Positions 49,743 to 60,499 of a stretch of DNA of 64,000 nt are shown here, in pieces. How positions within the stretch are numbered: position 1 is the stretch's first letter; each line of letters begins with the position of its first letter. The stretch is from Anaerolineales bacterium (lineage in GTDB: Bacteria; Chloroflexota; Anaerolineae; Anaerolineales; Villigracilaceae). The position numbers and the translations under genes were made by a program. The DNA is taken from the NCBI GenBank assembly GCA_016927315.1, contig JAFGMV010000064.1, positions 9,373-73,372 of the forward strand, given 5' to 3'. Under the pieces are notes generated by a model. It did no database searches. It was not told the origin of the DNA and saw only the letters and a program-made list of their open reading frames with translations.

Positions 49743-50854
49743 TCGATCTGGCCCTGGTTCTAGAGTGGGTGATCAAATCCCTGGTTGTGATTTTCATGCT
49801 GCTGGGTGGGTTTGCGTATTTAACCTGGTTTGAACGCCGTATCCTGGCACGCATGCAGACCCGGGTTGGACCTAACCGGGCTGGCTGGCAGGGGCTTCTG
49901 CAGCCGGTTGCTGATGCAGTCAAACTGGTCTTTAAAGAAGAACTGATCCCTGCCCGAGCAGATAAGGTCATCTTTGTCCTGGCCCCGATCCTGACCGTGG
50001 TTCCGGCTACAGTGCTGGCAGTTGTCATTCCCTTTGGTACACAGGTAATTCTTTTTGGGCGCCAGGTCAACCTGGCCGTGGCAGATATCAACGTTGGGAT
50101 ACTATTTCTGATGGCTGTCGCTTCTGTGGCTGTGTATGGGATTGTCCTGGCGGGCTGGTCGTCTAATAATAAGTTCGCCCTGATGGGTGGTATGCGCTCA
50201 ACCGCCCAGATGATCTCTTATGAACTGGCGCTGGGCCTGTCATTTGTCCTGGTGGCTTTGATGGCGGATTCACTGCAGCTTTCTGAAATTGTAGAGGCAC
50301 AGCGAACGATGTGGTTTGTAGTACTACAGCCGGTAGGAGCCATTGTTTTTCTGATTGTAACTCTGGCAGAGGTCAACCGGGCCCCCTTCGATATGCCCGA
50401 AGCTGAGCAAGAACTGGCGGCCGGGTTCCACTCTGAATATTCAGGCATGAAGTTCGCGCTCTTTTTTATGGCAGAGTACCAGAAGATGATTGTGATCAGC
50501 ATCATTGCCGTCACATTGTTTTTTGGCGGTTACCTGGGTCCTTTTATTGGTCGTTTCCCCTGGTTGGGGCCGGTTTATGTCTTGGGAAAGGTGGTGGCTT
50601 TGCTGTTTGGCATGGTCTGGATCCGGGCGACTCTACCGCGCATCCGTTATGACCGCCTGATGGACCTGGGTTGGAAAGTGCTGCTGCCCCTGGTGCTTGG
50701 ATTGGTTCTGATAACGGCCACTGGTATCCTGCTGGCGGATGAATTCGGGAACTCGCTGGTGTGGAGTATCCCGGTCGTTTCTATCCTGGCAGGTTTCTTA
50801 ACGGTTGGTCTGGTTGATCGTTCTTTGCGGAGGAAGTTCAATGCGCTTCGGTGA
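49739..50854 (+). CDS. nuoH: NADH-quinone oxidoreductase subunit H
   Basis: Motifs RVGPNRAG and [28 protein letters not shown]. Polytopic. Confidence 0.95.
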   Translation: MIDLALVLEWVIKSLVVIFMLLGGFAYLTWFERRILARMQTRVGPNRAGWQGLLQPVADAVKLVFKEELIPARADKVIFVLAPILTVVPATVLAVVIPFGTQVILFGRQVNLAVADINVGILFLMAVASVAVYGIVLAGWSSNNKFALMGGMRSTAQMISYELALGLSFVLVALMADSLQLSEIVEAQRTMWFVVLQPVGAIVFLIVTLAEVNRAPFDMPEAEQELAAGFHSEYSGMKFALFFMAEYQKMIVISIIAVTLFFGGYLGPFIGRFPWLGPVYVLGKVVALLFGMVWIRATLPRIRYDRLMDLGWKVLLPLVLGLVLITATGILLADEFGNSLVWSIPVVSILAGFLTVGLVDRSLRRKFNALR

Positions 50855-51362
50855 ACCTGTCCTTGAACTTGTGCGTGGTATGTGGATAACCTTTAAGTCC
50901 ATCTTCGAAAGACCGGTCACGGTTCAGTATCCTGAAGAGAAGCGCCCGGTCAGGCCCCGTTTTCGGGGACGCCATGTCTTGCATCGCTACGAGAACGGCC
51001 TTGAGAAATGTATTGGGTGTTCGTTGTGTTCCGCTGCCTGTCCTTCGGATGCCATTTTTGTCGAGGCAGCTGAGAACACGGATGAGGCGCGTTATTCCCC
51101 AGGTGAACGTTATGCTAGTACCTATGAGATCAATATGTTACGCTGTATTTACTGCGGTTTCTGTGAAGATGCCTGCCCGACGGAAGCCATTACACTGGGT
51201 GATAATTATGAATTGACCTTCACTGACCGGCGGGATGCTATTTATGATAAAGATATGCTGATCGAGCCGCTTCCGGCCGGCAGCGATGAACTAACCCCGC
51301 AGAAGGTCAAGCCGGGTGTCCATACTCGGGCAGTGCCGGAAATGAAGAATCCGGATGATTAG
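50841..51362 (+). CDS. nuoI: NADH-quinone oxidoreductase subunit I
   Basis: Two 4Fe-4S motifs, [12 protein letters not shown] and [12 protein letters not shown]. The ATG at 50841 is preceded by GGAGGAAG. The track start at 50805 is less likely. Confidence 0.93.
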   Translation: MRFGEPVLELVRGMWITFKSIFERPVTVQYPEEKRPVRPRFRGRHVLHRYENGLEKCIGCSLCSAACPSDAIFVEAAENTDEARYSPGERYASTYEINMLRCIYCGFCEDACPTEAITLGDNYELTFTDRRDAIYDKDMLIEPLPAGSDELTPQKVKPGVHTRAVPEMKNPDD

Positions 51363-51399
51363 GGAGTAGGGACAAGTAATTAACTATTCTCTGGAACAG

Positions 51400-51936
51400 G
51401 TGTATATGGCTGTAGACTTTGAACTAATCATGTTTTTCATACTTGCCGGGGTGGGGATTGGCACTGCTGCAGGGATGCTCTTAAGCCGCAGCGCAGTCTA
51501 TTCGGCCCTGTTCCTGGTGTTGAATTTTGGCGCCGTAGCCGGTTTCTACCTGTTCCTGAACGCCCCCTTTATCGCCATGGCGCAGATCACGGTTTATGCA
51601 GGGGCGATCATGGTTCTATTCCTGTTCGTGATCATGCTGCTGGGTGCTGAAAAACTGACCCCACCCGAAGTGCTGCCATGGCAGCGTCCACTGGCAGTGG
51701 TTCTGGCTGGGATACTAATCCTTGAAGCAGCTTATTTGTTGTTCCTGCGTACACCAGGCCTGGGCGAGATCCAGATGCCAGGCTTTGGGCCGGATACCTC
51801 ACCGGCTGCAATTGGAGCCATCTTGTTTGGCAAATACCTGCTGCCTTTTGAAATTACTTCTGTCTTGCTGCTGACTGCCATGGTTGGCGCTATTGTTCTG
51901 GTCCGACCTCGTAAGCAAGGAGGAGGGCAGGAATAA
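51400..51936 (+). CDS. nuoJ: NADH-quinone oxidoreductase subunit J
   Basis: 178 aa hydrophobic protein in the conserved operon position. The block [22 protein letters not shown] is present. Start is GTG 51400 or ATG 51406. Confidence 0.9.
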   Translation: MYMAVDFELIMFFILAGVGIGTAAGMLLSRSAVYSALFLVLNFGAVAGFYLFLNAPFIAMAQITVYAGAIMVLFLFVIMLLGAEKLTPPEVLPWQRPLAVVLAGILILEAAYLLFLRTPGLGEIQMPGFGPDTSPAAIGAILFGKYLLPFEITSVLLLTAMVGAIVLVRPRKQGGGQE

Positions 51937-52238
51937 TGGTCCCGATTGAATATTACCTGATCTTGTCCGTAGTGTTATTTGCCATGGGCGCCGCAGGAGT
52001 GCTGGCGCGCCGCAACGCCCTGATCATCTTTATGTCGATCGAGTTGATGTTGAACGCTGCGAACCTGGCTTTCGTGACCTTTGCGCGTCAATATGGTCAA
52101 CTGGATGGACAGGTGTTTGTTTTTTTTGTGATCGCTGCTGCAGCCGCCGAAGTAGCCGTTGGGTTGGCCCTGATTGTGATGATCTTTAGATCGAAACACA
52201 GTATCGATGTGGATCAGATGAGCAGCCTTCGAGAGTAG
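51936..52238 (+). CDS. nuoK: NADH-quinone oxidoreductase subunit K
   Basis: 100 aa, 3 TM segments. Motifs [14 protein letters not shown] and [10 protein letters not shown]. Confidence 0.93.
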   Translation: MVPIEYYLILSVVLFAMGAAGVLARRNALIIFMSIELMLNAANLAFVTFARQYGQLDGQVFVFFVIAAAAAEVAVGLALIVMIFRSKHSIDVDQMSSLRE

Positions 52239-52326
52239 CGACGGGAGAAGAGAGAATTGGCAGATAGGATTAGCGCCCTCTACAATACCATTCTTTGGTC
52301 ATTTTCTCTTCAACGAGTGAAGATTT

Positions 52327-54420
52327 ATGCTATTTAGTGAAGCAATGAGCACAGGATTTTTCAACCTTGCCCCGCTGGTTGTCCTCTTCCCGGGCATAGG
52401 GCTGCTGTTCAACATGGTCTTTGGCGGGCGGTTGCCAGAAAAGGTTGTTGGGTGGGTCGCCAGCCTGGCGGTTGGGGCAGCATTTGTGATTTCGATCTTG
52501 CTGGCCGTTTCGCTTTCCGCAATCCATGGCCATGCCGAAATTGTATCTGTAACTGAATGGATGTCGATTGGGAGCCTGCATCTTGATTGGGCCTTCCGTG
52601 TCGATACGCTTTCGGTCGCCATGATGCTGATGGTATCCGGCGTTGGGACTCTGATCCATATCTATGCCATCGGTTACATGCACGAAGACGTGCGCTTCAA
52701 GGGCGACCCCACCCGTTTCCAGCGTTTCTTTGTCTTTATGAACCTGTTCATCGCCATGATGATGATCCTGGTCAGTGGGGATAATTACCTGATGCTCTTT
52801 GTAGGCTGGGAGGGGGTCGGTCTGTGTTCCTTCCTGCTGATCGGTTTCTGGTATGACCTGGATATCCTGGGACGGCCTTCACTTGAGAATGCGAAAGCGG
52901 CCAACAAGGCTTTCATTGCGAACCGTATCGGGGACTTCGGTTTTCTGATTGCCAGTTTCCTGATATTTACATATTTGGGCAGCCTGCAGTTCGACCTGGT
53001 TTTTGCAGAGGTTGAACATGTCGCCCAACCCGTGATCCTTACCATTACACTCTTCATGCTGCTTGGCGTGGTCGGGAAGTCAGCCCAGATTCCGCTCTTC
53101 GTCTGGCTGCCGGATGCCATGGCTGGTCCGACCCCCGTATCTGCACTGATCCATGCTGCGACCATGGTTACAGCCGGTGTCTACCTGGTGGCGCGTTCTG
53201 CCCCGCTGTATGGAACCGTCCCCGCTGCCCAGGAAATCGTTGCCCTGATTGGAGCGGTGACCGCTCTGTTTGCAGCCACGATCGCTGTCGCTCAGTATGA
53301 TATCAAGCGCGTCCTGGCGTATTCGACCATCAGCCAGTTGGGCTTTATGGTCGCCGCGGTCGGGATGGGAGCCTATGCAGCTGGCATGTTCCATCTGGTC
53401 ATGCATGCTTTTTTCAAGGCGCTGCTCTTCCTATCAGCCGGTTCTGTGATTCTGGGAATTGAACGCGGGTATCATGCTATGTCTCATGGGAAGAAAGGAC
53501 ATGGTTTCCACCATACTGATGATGAAGTCTTCAATCCCAACGATATGCGCAATATGGGCGGGCTGAAAGACAGGATGCCGGTTACCTTCTGGGTGTACCT
53601 GGCGGGTACACTGGCGCTGGCGGGTATTCCTCCCTTTGCCGGTTTCTGGTCGAAAGATGAGATTTTACTGGATGCCAGCCTGCATTACCCGGTTGTCTAT
53701 TGGCTGCTGACAGCCGCAGCCTTCATGACTGCCTTTTACATGGGCCGCCAGGTCTGGCTGGTCTTTTTTGGAAAATCTCGCCATGAAGCTGCAGAGAAGG
53801 CTGAAGAGAGTCCCCGTATCATAACTGCCCCGCTGGTAATCCTGGCCGGGCTGTCGGTCTTGGGCGGGGTTTTAAACCTCCCGCACTTCCACACACTTGG
53901 TCATTGGCTGGAATACACGCTTGGCGAGTTGAGGATATCGGAGTTCAGTTGGCTGATGGCAGGCCAGGCTACCTTGATCGCCCTGTTTGCGATTTTCCTG
54001 GCCTGGCTGCTGTATGGGCGGCGAGAGCAGGCTGCAAATGAGCCAGATGCGCTCAAGAAACTGCTTGGACCAGCCTTTGTTGTTTTTGAGCACATGTATT
54101 GGATTGATGAGGGTTACGCCGCTGTTTTTATCAACCGCTATAAGGATCTGGCTCGTTTCCTGGCAGAGGTCATTGACGGGCGCTTCTGGCATGACTGGCT
54201 GCATGACTCTGTCCTGGCAGCCGGCTTTGGTAAGCTTGCTCGCTTCCTGGCAGACCCGGTCGATCTGGGGCTGATCGATGGAATTGCCAACGGCCTGGCC
54301 GACCTGACCCAATGGGTTGCTTCCCGCCTGCGCAGGTTCCAGAATGGTTTTGTGCGCAGTTATGCCCTGTCGGTTTTATTGGGTGTTGTGCTTATTCTTG
54401 GATATTTATTGTTTCGATAG
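52327..54420 (+). CDS. nuoL: NADH-quinone oxidoreductase subunit L
   Basis: ~690 aa antiporter-like subunit. Motifs WEGVGLCSFLLIGFW, GKSAQIPLFVWLPDAMAGPTPVSALIHAATMVTAGVY, and a long C-terminal lateral helix region. The start may be the ATG at 52345. Confidence 0.93.
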   Translation: MLFSEAMSTGFFNLAPLVVLFPGIGLLFNMVFGGRLPEKVVGWVASLAVGAAFVISILLAVSLSAIHGHAEIVSVTEWMSIGSLHLDWAFRVDTLSVAMMLMVSGVGTLIHIYAIGYMHEDVRFKGDPTRFQRFFVFMNLFIAMMMILVSGDNYLMLFVGWEGVGLCSFLLIGFWYDLDILGRPSLENAKAANKAFIANRIGDFGFLIASFLIFTYLGSLQFDLVFAEVEHVAQPVILTITLFMLLGVVGKSAQIPLFVWLPDAMAGPTPVSALIHAATMVTAGVYLVARSAPLYGTVPAAQEIVALIGAVTALFAATIAVAQYDIKRVLAYSTISQLGFMVAAVGMGAYAAGMFHLVMHAFFKALLFLSAGSVILGIERGYHAMSHGKKGHGFHHTDDEVFNPNDMRNMGGLKDRMPVTFWVYLAGTLALAGIPPFAGFWSKDEILLDASLHYPVVYWLLTAAAFMTAFYMGRQVWLVFFGKSRHEAAEKAEESPRIITAPLVILAGLSVLGGVLNLPHFHTLGHWLEYTLGELRISEFSWLMAGQATLIALFAIFLAWLLYGRREQAANEPDALKKLLGPAFVVFEHMYWIDEGYAAVFINRYKDLARFLAEVIDGRFWHDWLHDSVLAAGFGKLARFLADPVDLGLIDGIANGLADLTQWVASRLRRFQNGFVRSYALSVLLGVVLILGYLLFR

Positions 54421-54552
54421 TGTTGCGAGGAATTCCTGGGTGAACACAGACCTTGTCGAAGTGGTAGTCGCTGGAGACCGTGTACCCCCTCGCTGTGATG
54501 AGCATGGAAATGTACCGGTGAAATCAATCCTTGACACGCAATCGAGGTATTT

Positions 54553-56037
54553 ATGAACTTTTTTCTTGAACCCCTAACCCTGCTGACTTTCTTCCCGCTG
54601 TTGGGTGTGTTGGCGCTGCTCTTCCTGAAGCCTGAATGGAGATCGGCCCATCGCTGGACGGCCCTGGTTACCAGCCTGATCACCTTTGGACTCTCACTAT
54701 GGGTCCTGGACCAGTTCAATGCAGCCAGTGGCGATCTGCAGTTGATCTCTCGGCGCCCATGGATCTCCGTTGCCGGTTGGGATATTCAATACTACCTGGC
54801 AGTTGATGGCCTGAGTATTCTGTTGGTGCTGTTAACTACGTTCCTGATGCCTCTCTCAATCCTGTCAACCTGGACGGCGGTCGAAGAACGGGTCAAGGAT
54901 TTCATGATCTTTTTCCTGCTGCTGGAAGTGGGTATGACGGGTGTCTTCCTGGCACAGGACCTGTTCCTGTTTTACATATTCTGGGAATTTACACTGATCC
55001 CAATGTACTTCCTGATCGGCATCTGGGGAGGCGCTCGCCGTATTTATGCCGCTGTCAAGTTTTTCCTGTACACCATGGCAGGTTCTGTCCTGATGCTGCT
55101 GGCCATCTTATGGTTGGGCGTTTATCAGGGTACTTTCTCACTACCTGGGTTGATCGACCGGGGCGGCATCCCGGGCGATATACAGATGTGGCTCTTCCTG
55201 GCTTTTGCGGCTGCCTTTGCTATCAAGGTGCCTATGTGGCCCCTGCACTCCTGGCTGCCGGATGCCCATGTGGAAGCGCCCACGTCCGGATCGGTTATCC
55301 TGGCTGGTGTACTGTTGAAAATGGGCGCCTATGGTTTCCTGCGCTTCAACCTGCCCCTCTTCCCTGAAGCATCTGTTCGAGCCGCTCCCTGGGTTGCTGC
55401 CCTGGCCGTGGTCGGGATCCTGTATGGCGCCATAGTCTCGTTTGCCCAGAAGGATGTCAAAAAACTGGTGGCTTATTCATCAGTCAGCCATTTGGGGTTT
55501 GTGATGCTGGGGTTGTTTGCTCTCAATCCTCAGGGCATCCAGGGCGGAATCCTGCAAATGGTCAACCACGGCATTAGCACCGGCGCCTTGTTCCTGTTGG
55601 TAGGGATGATCTACGAACGCCGCCATACTCGTGATCTGGAGGCCTTTGGCGGTCTGTGGAAAGTTATGCCGCTTTACGGTACGCTGACCCTGATCGTGGC
55701 GCTCTCATCGATGGGCCTGCCGGGCTTGAACGGCTTTGTTGGTGAGTTCACCATCCTGCTGGGCGCTTTCGGATCACAGGCAATTGGGTCTTACTGGTTT
55801 GCCGGGCTGGCGGCTGTTGGCGTCATCCTGGCGGCTGTGTACATGCTCACCATGTTCCAGAAGATGTTCCTCGGGCCGGTCGATAAGGATGAAAACAAGA
55901 AACTGCTCGACCTGAACTGGCGTGAGATCCTTATCCTGGTACCGTTGTTAGTCTTTATCTTTTGGATTGGACTGTACCCGAAACCATTCTTCGACCTGAT
56001 GGCCCCGGCAGTCGAAAAGCTGCTGGTCGGGTTTTAG
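54553..56037 (+). CDS. nuoM: NADH-quinone oxidoreductase subunit M
   Basis: Motifs FAIKVPMWPLHSWLPDAHVEAPTSGSVILAGVLLKMG. 494 aa. Confidence 0.93.
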   Translation: MNFFLEPLTLLTFFPLLGVLALLFLKPEWRSAHRWTALVTSLITFGLSLWVLDQFNAASGDLQLISRRPWISVAGWDIQYYLAVDGLSILLVLLTTFLMPLSILSTWTAVEERVKDFMIFFLLLEVGMTGVFLAQDLFLFYIFWEFTLIPMYFLIGIWGGARRIYAAVKFFLYTMAGSVLMLLAILWLGVYQGTFSLPGLIDRGGIPGDIQMWLFLAFAAAFAIKVPMWPLHSWLPDAHVEAPTSGSVILAGVLLKMGAYGFLRFNLPLFPEASVRAAPWVAALAVVGILYGAIVSFAQKDVKKLVAYSSVSHLGFVMLGLFALNPQGIQGGILQMVNHGISTGALFLLVGMIYERRHTRDLEAFGGLWKVMPLYGTLTLIVALSSMGLPGLNGFVGEFTILLGAFGSQAIGSYWFAGLAAVGVILAAVYMLTMFQKMFLGPVDKDENKKLLDLNWREILILVPLLVFIFWIGLYPKPFFDLMAPAVEKLLVGF

Positions 56038-56173
56038 GTTTCCCCCTCACTCTTGCCGTTCTGCCGATAGCGGACGCAATCGGTGGTAGACGGGGCGAGG
56101 GTAAATAGTTGGACGGGCTTCCAACCTGCCAACCTTGTCGGACTATGCAACTGACCTACGGTTACTTTTGCTT

Positions 56174-57628
56174 ATGACTACACCTGTAAAATTACTCGAT
56201 TTCATCACCATCCTGCCGGTCATCTTCCTGGCGGCCTGGGCCTGCCTTCTGCTTTTGGTGGATTTGTGGGTAAAGCATAAAAGGGTTACTGCATACCTGG
56301 CCGCACTGGGATTGGCAATCGGGCTGGGACTGCTTTGGTATCAAGCTGCCTGGATAGGAAATGCCGGCTTCAACCATATGGTTGTCCTGGATGGCTTCTC
56401 GGTCTTTGTCAATGCCTTGCTGCTTTTGAGCGGGCTGCTGGGGATTGCTCTGGCTTACGGTTATCTCAGGCGCATGGGGATCGAGCGAGGGGAATTCTAC
56501 CCCCTGGTGCTTTTCAGTCTGAGCGGGATGATGCTGATGGCCCAGGCCGCCGATCTGATCGTTGTCTTCCTGTCCCTTGAGTTTTTGTCGATCCCCTTGT
56601 ATGTTTTGACGGCTTTTGCTTATCCAAAAGCCGCTTCGGAAGAAGCCGGTTTGAAGTACTTCTTGCTGGGTGCTTTTGCTGGCGGGTTTGTGGTCTATGG
56701 CATTGCACTGGTTTACGGAGCCGCTGCGACCACTGCCTTGGACGGGATTATTGCTGCTGTCGCTGAAGGCAGAGCTAACCTGAGCCTGTTGGTGAGCGGT
56801 GCGGCCCTGATCCTGGTTGGATTGGGGTTCAAGGTTGCCATTGTGCCCTTCCATATGTGGACGCCGGATGCTTACCAGGGCGCTCCTTCTGCTGTAACCG
56901 CATTTATGTCGTCTGCAGCCAAGCTGGCCGGTTTTGCGGCTCTGGTGCGTATCTTTGCCCTGGCCTTTTCCAGCCTTTCGGATGATCTGATCCCGATCCT
57001 GTGGGGTCTTTCAGCGCTTACCATGCTGGTCGGCAACCTGCTCGCTATTCCCCAGACCAATATCAAGCGCATGCTGGCGTATTCCAGCATCGCCCATGCC
57101 GGGTACATCCTGATGGCCTTTACGGCTTTCGGGAATCCCGGGGTGGCAGAGGTCTCGATCGCAGCGGTCCTTTTCTACCTGGCTGCGTATACCGTAACGA
57201 ACTACGGTGCCTGGGGAGTTGTCATCCTTTTGGAGCGTGCGGGAGACCTGGGGTTGGAAATCGGCGGCTATGCCGGTTTGGGACGTAAATATCCCGCCCT
57301 GGCCGCCTGCATGACCATCTTTATGCTTTCCTTGATCGGTCTGCCTCCCACGCTGGGGTTGGTAGGGAAATTCTATCTTTTCCGGGCTGTGATTGCCGCC
57401 GATCTCATTCCGCTGGCGGTTATTGGCGTGTTGACATCCCTGATATCGGCCTGGTATTACCTGCGAGTGGTTGTTAATATGTACATGCGTACAGGCGACC
57501 CCGAGATCTCTCCCGAACCATGGGCATTGACCATTACCGGGTTGATGGCCATCCTGACAGTGCTAGTCAGCCTGCTGCCCGGCTGGTTGTTCTTCCTGGC
57601 ATCACAGGCCAGGCTGAATCTATTCTGA
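56174..57628 (+). CDS. nuoN: NADH-quinone oxidoreductase subunit N
   Basis: Motifs GFKVAIVPFHMWTPDAYQGAPSAVTAF and KRMLAYSSIAHAGY. I prefer the ATG at 56174 (MTTPVKLLDF); the track start is 56135. Confidence 0.92.
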   Translation: MTTPVKLLDFITILPVIFLAAWACLLLLVDLWVKHKRVTAYLAALGLAIGLGLLWYQAAWIGNAGFNHMVVLDGFSVFVNALLLLSGLLGIALAYGYLRRMGIERGEFYPLVLFSLSGMMLMAQAADLIVVFLSLEFLSIPLYVLTAFAYPKAASEEAGLKYFLLGAFAGGFVVYGIALVYGAAATTALDGIIAAVAEGRANLSLLVSGAALILVGLGFKVAIVPFHMWTPDAYQGAPSAVTAFMSSAAKLAGFAALVRIFALAFSSLSDDLIPILWGLSALTMLVGNLLAIPQTNIKRMLAYSSIAHAGYILMAFTAFGNPGVAEVSIAAVLFYLAAYTVTNYGAWGVVILLERAGDLGLEIGGYAGLGRKYPALAACMTIFMLSLIGLPPTLGLVGKFYLFRAVIAADLIPLAVIGVLTSLISAWYYLRVVVNMYMRTGDPEISPEPWALTITGLMAILTVLVSLLPGWLFFLASQARLNLF

Positions 57629-57664
57629 TATATTATTGTATAATAGGAGATGCACTTCACAATT

Positions 57665-57702
57665 GAGTGGTACCTTTTTAGAGAAGGGGACCGCTCTTTT
57701 TT
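57665..57702 (+). terminator. Terminator after the nuo operon
   Basis: Imperfect stem GAGTGGTACC...GGGGACCGCTC followed by TTTTTTATT. Confidence 0.55.
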
Positions 57703-57819
57703 ATTCACCATCAAAGCGTTTATGGGTATTGAAAGCTCTTTATCATTCGAATTTGCATCGACAGATTACATCCTGGCATAAAGGTATGGCAAAAAGCTTT
57801 TCTAACCCGGGGATTTGCA

Positions 57820-58836
57820 TTGATCATGTTTTTTCTGGTTGTATCGTTGGTTGCTGTCTCTGTCATGACAGTGATATTGATTGTTCGCAACCGACGATTG
57901 CAGGAAAACCTGCATCAAAAGGAAAAAGCCTTGTTGGAAGCAAACGAGCGCTTCCAGTTGGTTTCTTATACTACCAGTGATGTTATCTGGGAGTGGGACT
58001 TGCTTACCAATCAGGTCTGGAGGAACCAGGGTATCCAGTTGCTTTTTGGGCACCGGGGAGAACAGCCGCGGACAGATATGGAATGGTGGAAAGAGCATTT
58101 GCACCCGGATGATCGGGAAAAAGTGTTCAACAGCATGCAGACCGCCATCAAGCGCGGAGATGAGTTTTGGTCCAAAGAGTACCGTTTCCAGCGAGCGGAT
58201 GGTACCTATGCATACGTATTCGATCGCAGCTATATCATTCATAATGGGTATGGGGAACCGGTGAAGATGTTGGGGTCGATTATGGATATCTCAACGCGCA
58301 TTCATTCTGAGAAGGTGCTGCGTCAGGAGGCTGTTATTGACCCCCTCACCGGGTTGTTCAACCGCAGATATCTGGAAGAGGCCCTGGATCAAGAAATTCG
58401 GAGAGCGGTCCTGAATGATCAAACGGTTGGTATTCTCATGCTGGATATCGACAACTTCAAACAGGTGAATGATATGCAGGGGCATGCTATTGGGGACAGA
58501 TTACTGCGGGATGTGGCTGCTTTTTTGCTCAAGAATGTTCGCGGGACGGATATTGTTTGCAGGTACGGCGGGGATGAGTTCATCCTGATCTTGCCGACGG
58601 CCTCGATGGAATTTTCCCGCCAGCGTGGTGAAACCCTTCGCCAGGGAATCAGTGAATTGGATTTCAGTACCTATTGCAATCTGAACAGACCACTTACTCT
58701 TTCGATCGGGGTGGCGGTCTTCCCTGAGCATGGGGATAATTTGCAGGCTGCCTTCGAGGCCGCCGATTCAGCCCTGTATGGCGCTAAACAATCCGGACGC
58801 AACAGGGTCTGTGTGGCAGGAAATAACCACGGATAA
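57820..58836 (+). CDS. Membrane-anchored PAS-GGDEF diguanylate cyclase
   Basis: N-terminal TM helix, then a PAS-like region (VIWEWDL...KEYRFQRADGTYAYV). The active site is RYGGDEF, with an RxxD I-site (RGTD) five residues upstream. Confidence 0.9.
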   Translation: MIMFFLVVSLVAVSVMTVILIVRNRRLQENLHQKEKALLEANERFQLVSYTTSDVIWEWDLLTNQVWRNQGIQLLFGHRGEQPRTDMEWWKEHLHPDDREKVFNSMQTAIKRGDEFWSKEYRFQRADGTYAYVFDRSYIIHNGYGEPVKMLGSIMDISTRIHSEKVLRQEAVIDPLTGLFNRRYLEEALDQEIRRAVLNDQTVGILMLDIDNFKQVNDMQGHAIGDRLLRDVAAFLLKNVRGTDIVCRYGGDEFILILPTASMEFSRQRGETLRQGISELDFSTYCNLNRPLTLSIGVAVFPEHGDNLQAAFEAADSALYGAKQSGRNRVCVAGNNHG

Positions 58837-59125
58837 ACGGGCACACTGAAGATCTGTAGAATAACCAGATCAGAACATCCTGGAGGGTTTCTATCAGCCC
58901 AGCCCACCCCCCACTGTGTTCACCAACCGGGTAGTATTTGGTGATTGCATAGTCTCCGTATTCATGCACATCCCGGTTGGACAGCATTGCCTGCCAGTTC
59001 TCTTTGAGCGGCAGCCCCTCATAGGGGTCTGTCAGTTTTCCCCGGTTCTTTCTATAAAGTCCAGGAGACCTTTTGTCTCTCCTGTTTCCAGACCTTGCGC
59101 AGGATAGGGGAGAGTTCATTTTCAA
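58784..59125 (-). CDS. Hypothetical protein (weak; possibly the 3' part of a frameshifted small gene)
   Basis: 113 aa ORF with a TTG start whose 3' end overlaps the convergent GGDEF gene by 53 nt. The central segment GKLTDPYEGLPLKENWQAMLSNRDVHEYGDYAITKYYPVGEHSGGWAGLIE looks protein-like. No family recognised. Confidence 0.3.
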   Translation of the reverse strand: MKMNSPLSCARSGNRRDKRSPGLYRKNRGKLTDPYEGLPLKENWQAMLSNRDVHEYGDYAITKYYPVGEHSGGWAGLIETLQDVLIWLFYRSSVCPFIRGYFLPHRPCCVRIV

Positions 59126-59226
59126 AACCGTGCCAATTGCAGGCAGACCCTTTATGTTCCATTAACAGCGTATCTGCTCTTTGATGTTTTTTCGCAGGTC
59201 TCGGGCTGTTTCATTTGTTCAAGGGT

Positions 59227-60039
59227 TCATCCCCCTAATTTGAGATGAAGCATGTATTGTATCCCCAGGACATCTGACAACAATCCCATCAGGATGTTCC
59301 TTAACCCGGTGTGCAGCGTCCGGTAATAGTAGTAAGTACCCAATAGTTTTATTCCTGGATCCCAGGCCAGGATTTCTTTCTTGTTTTCCAGCCCCCACAC
59401 AAGGTGAGATTTCTCATCCAGTCCGGCGCCCGCTACCACTTTTTTGTTGGCCACTCTCACCCCGATTGGGGAGCTGACGTCAAAGAATAGCTCGCTTCCC
59501 GGGTATCTGTCTGTTAACCGGATCAAGAAGTCCTTGATTTCGTTCTCCTGGAAATAATAGAACACCCCCGCTGCGAGGAAGAGTACATTTCCATTGACTT
59601 CGATCTCCTCCAGCCATGCCTCTTCCAGGAACGAAGCAGGAATGAACTTCCTTCTCTCGTTTTCCTGCACGAACTTGCTTCTGAGTTCGATGACATCCGG
59701 CAGATCCAGGTCATACCATTTCAGCTTTCCATTGTCTGTTCTTTCGAAGGTCGTATCCAGGCCGCAACCGATATTGACAATGGTCCCTTCCGGATAGCCC
59801 TGCAGGAATTCCCGGATCACCCGATCACAGTACATGCTCCGCCTGATCCAGGCGATTTGGCTGAGGTCATCCATATTTCGGGTGATTTGTGAAAAATCAT
59901 AATCGACCTGCTCGATGATCCTGACCGCAGTGTCATCCACCAGCATAGGCCTTGTCTTTTTCGATTCCACCGCCCGCCCCCAAAGCGGCAGGAACAGTGT
60001 CTTTTGTACATTCCCAAGGGCAGCGTTGACTTTATCCAT
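59227..60039 (-). CDS. Class I SAM-dependent methyltransferase (leucine carboxyl / polyketide O-methyltransferase-like, COG3315 type)
   Basis: The N-terminal block TLFLPLWGRAVESKK...MLVDDTAVRIIEQVDYDF and the segment VNIGCGLDTTFER are characteristic of this family. 270 aa. Confidence 0.8.
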   Translation of the reverse strand: MDKVNAALGNVQKTLFLPLWGRAVESKKTRPMLVDDTAVRIIEQVDYDFSQITRNMDDLSQIAWIRRSMYCDRVIREFLQGYPEGTIVNIGCGLDTTFERTDNGKLKWYDLDLPDVIELRSKFVQENERRKFIPASFLEEAWLEEIEVNGNVLFLAAGVFYYFQENEIKDFLIRLTDRYPGSELFFDVSSPIGVRVANKKVVAGAGLDEKSHLVWGLENKKEILAWDPGIKLLGTYYYYRTLHTGLRNILMGLLSDVLGIQYMLHLKLGG

Positions 60040-60499
60040 TGATCTTTTCCTTGTGTTTATCTGTCAGGGCGTATCTTCGCCGTTAATACTGAAGACGTCG
60101 TGCTCCAGCGTATTTATAAAGATCAGCCCTCTTTGTTGGTAACTGAGTGGTGAATTGCATTCCTCAGGTCATCCAGGTTTTGACAGGCTGCGAGTGAAAA
60201 TGCCGTAAGTAGGATTGCAATAGACCACAGCCGTGATCTGACAGGTCTTCACAGGATATCCATTGGAGTCTCCTGATTGAGATTGACTCCATTATAGGAG
60301 TATCAGGCCCGTAGTACAATGGAAAACGGTTAGATTAGCCGTCTGCGTTAACAATTTCTCGGGTTTTGACCTTCTGATGGTTTATTATGCGGCGGTCTGT
60401 GTTATCCCAGCCGGTCTGAGAACCTTTGACGTGCCGTATCGATCTCACCTGCCTGCTTGCACAGCCAGGTCTAAAGCAGCAGGATAGGAGGCTGCCATT

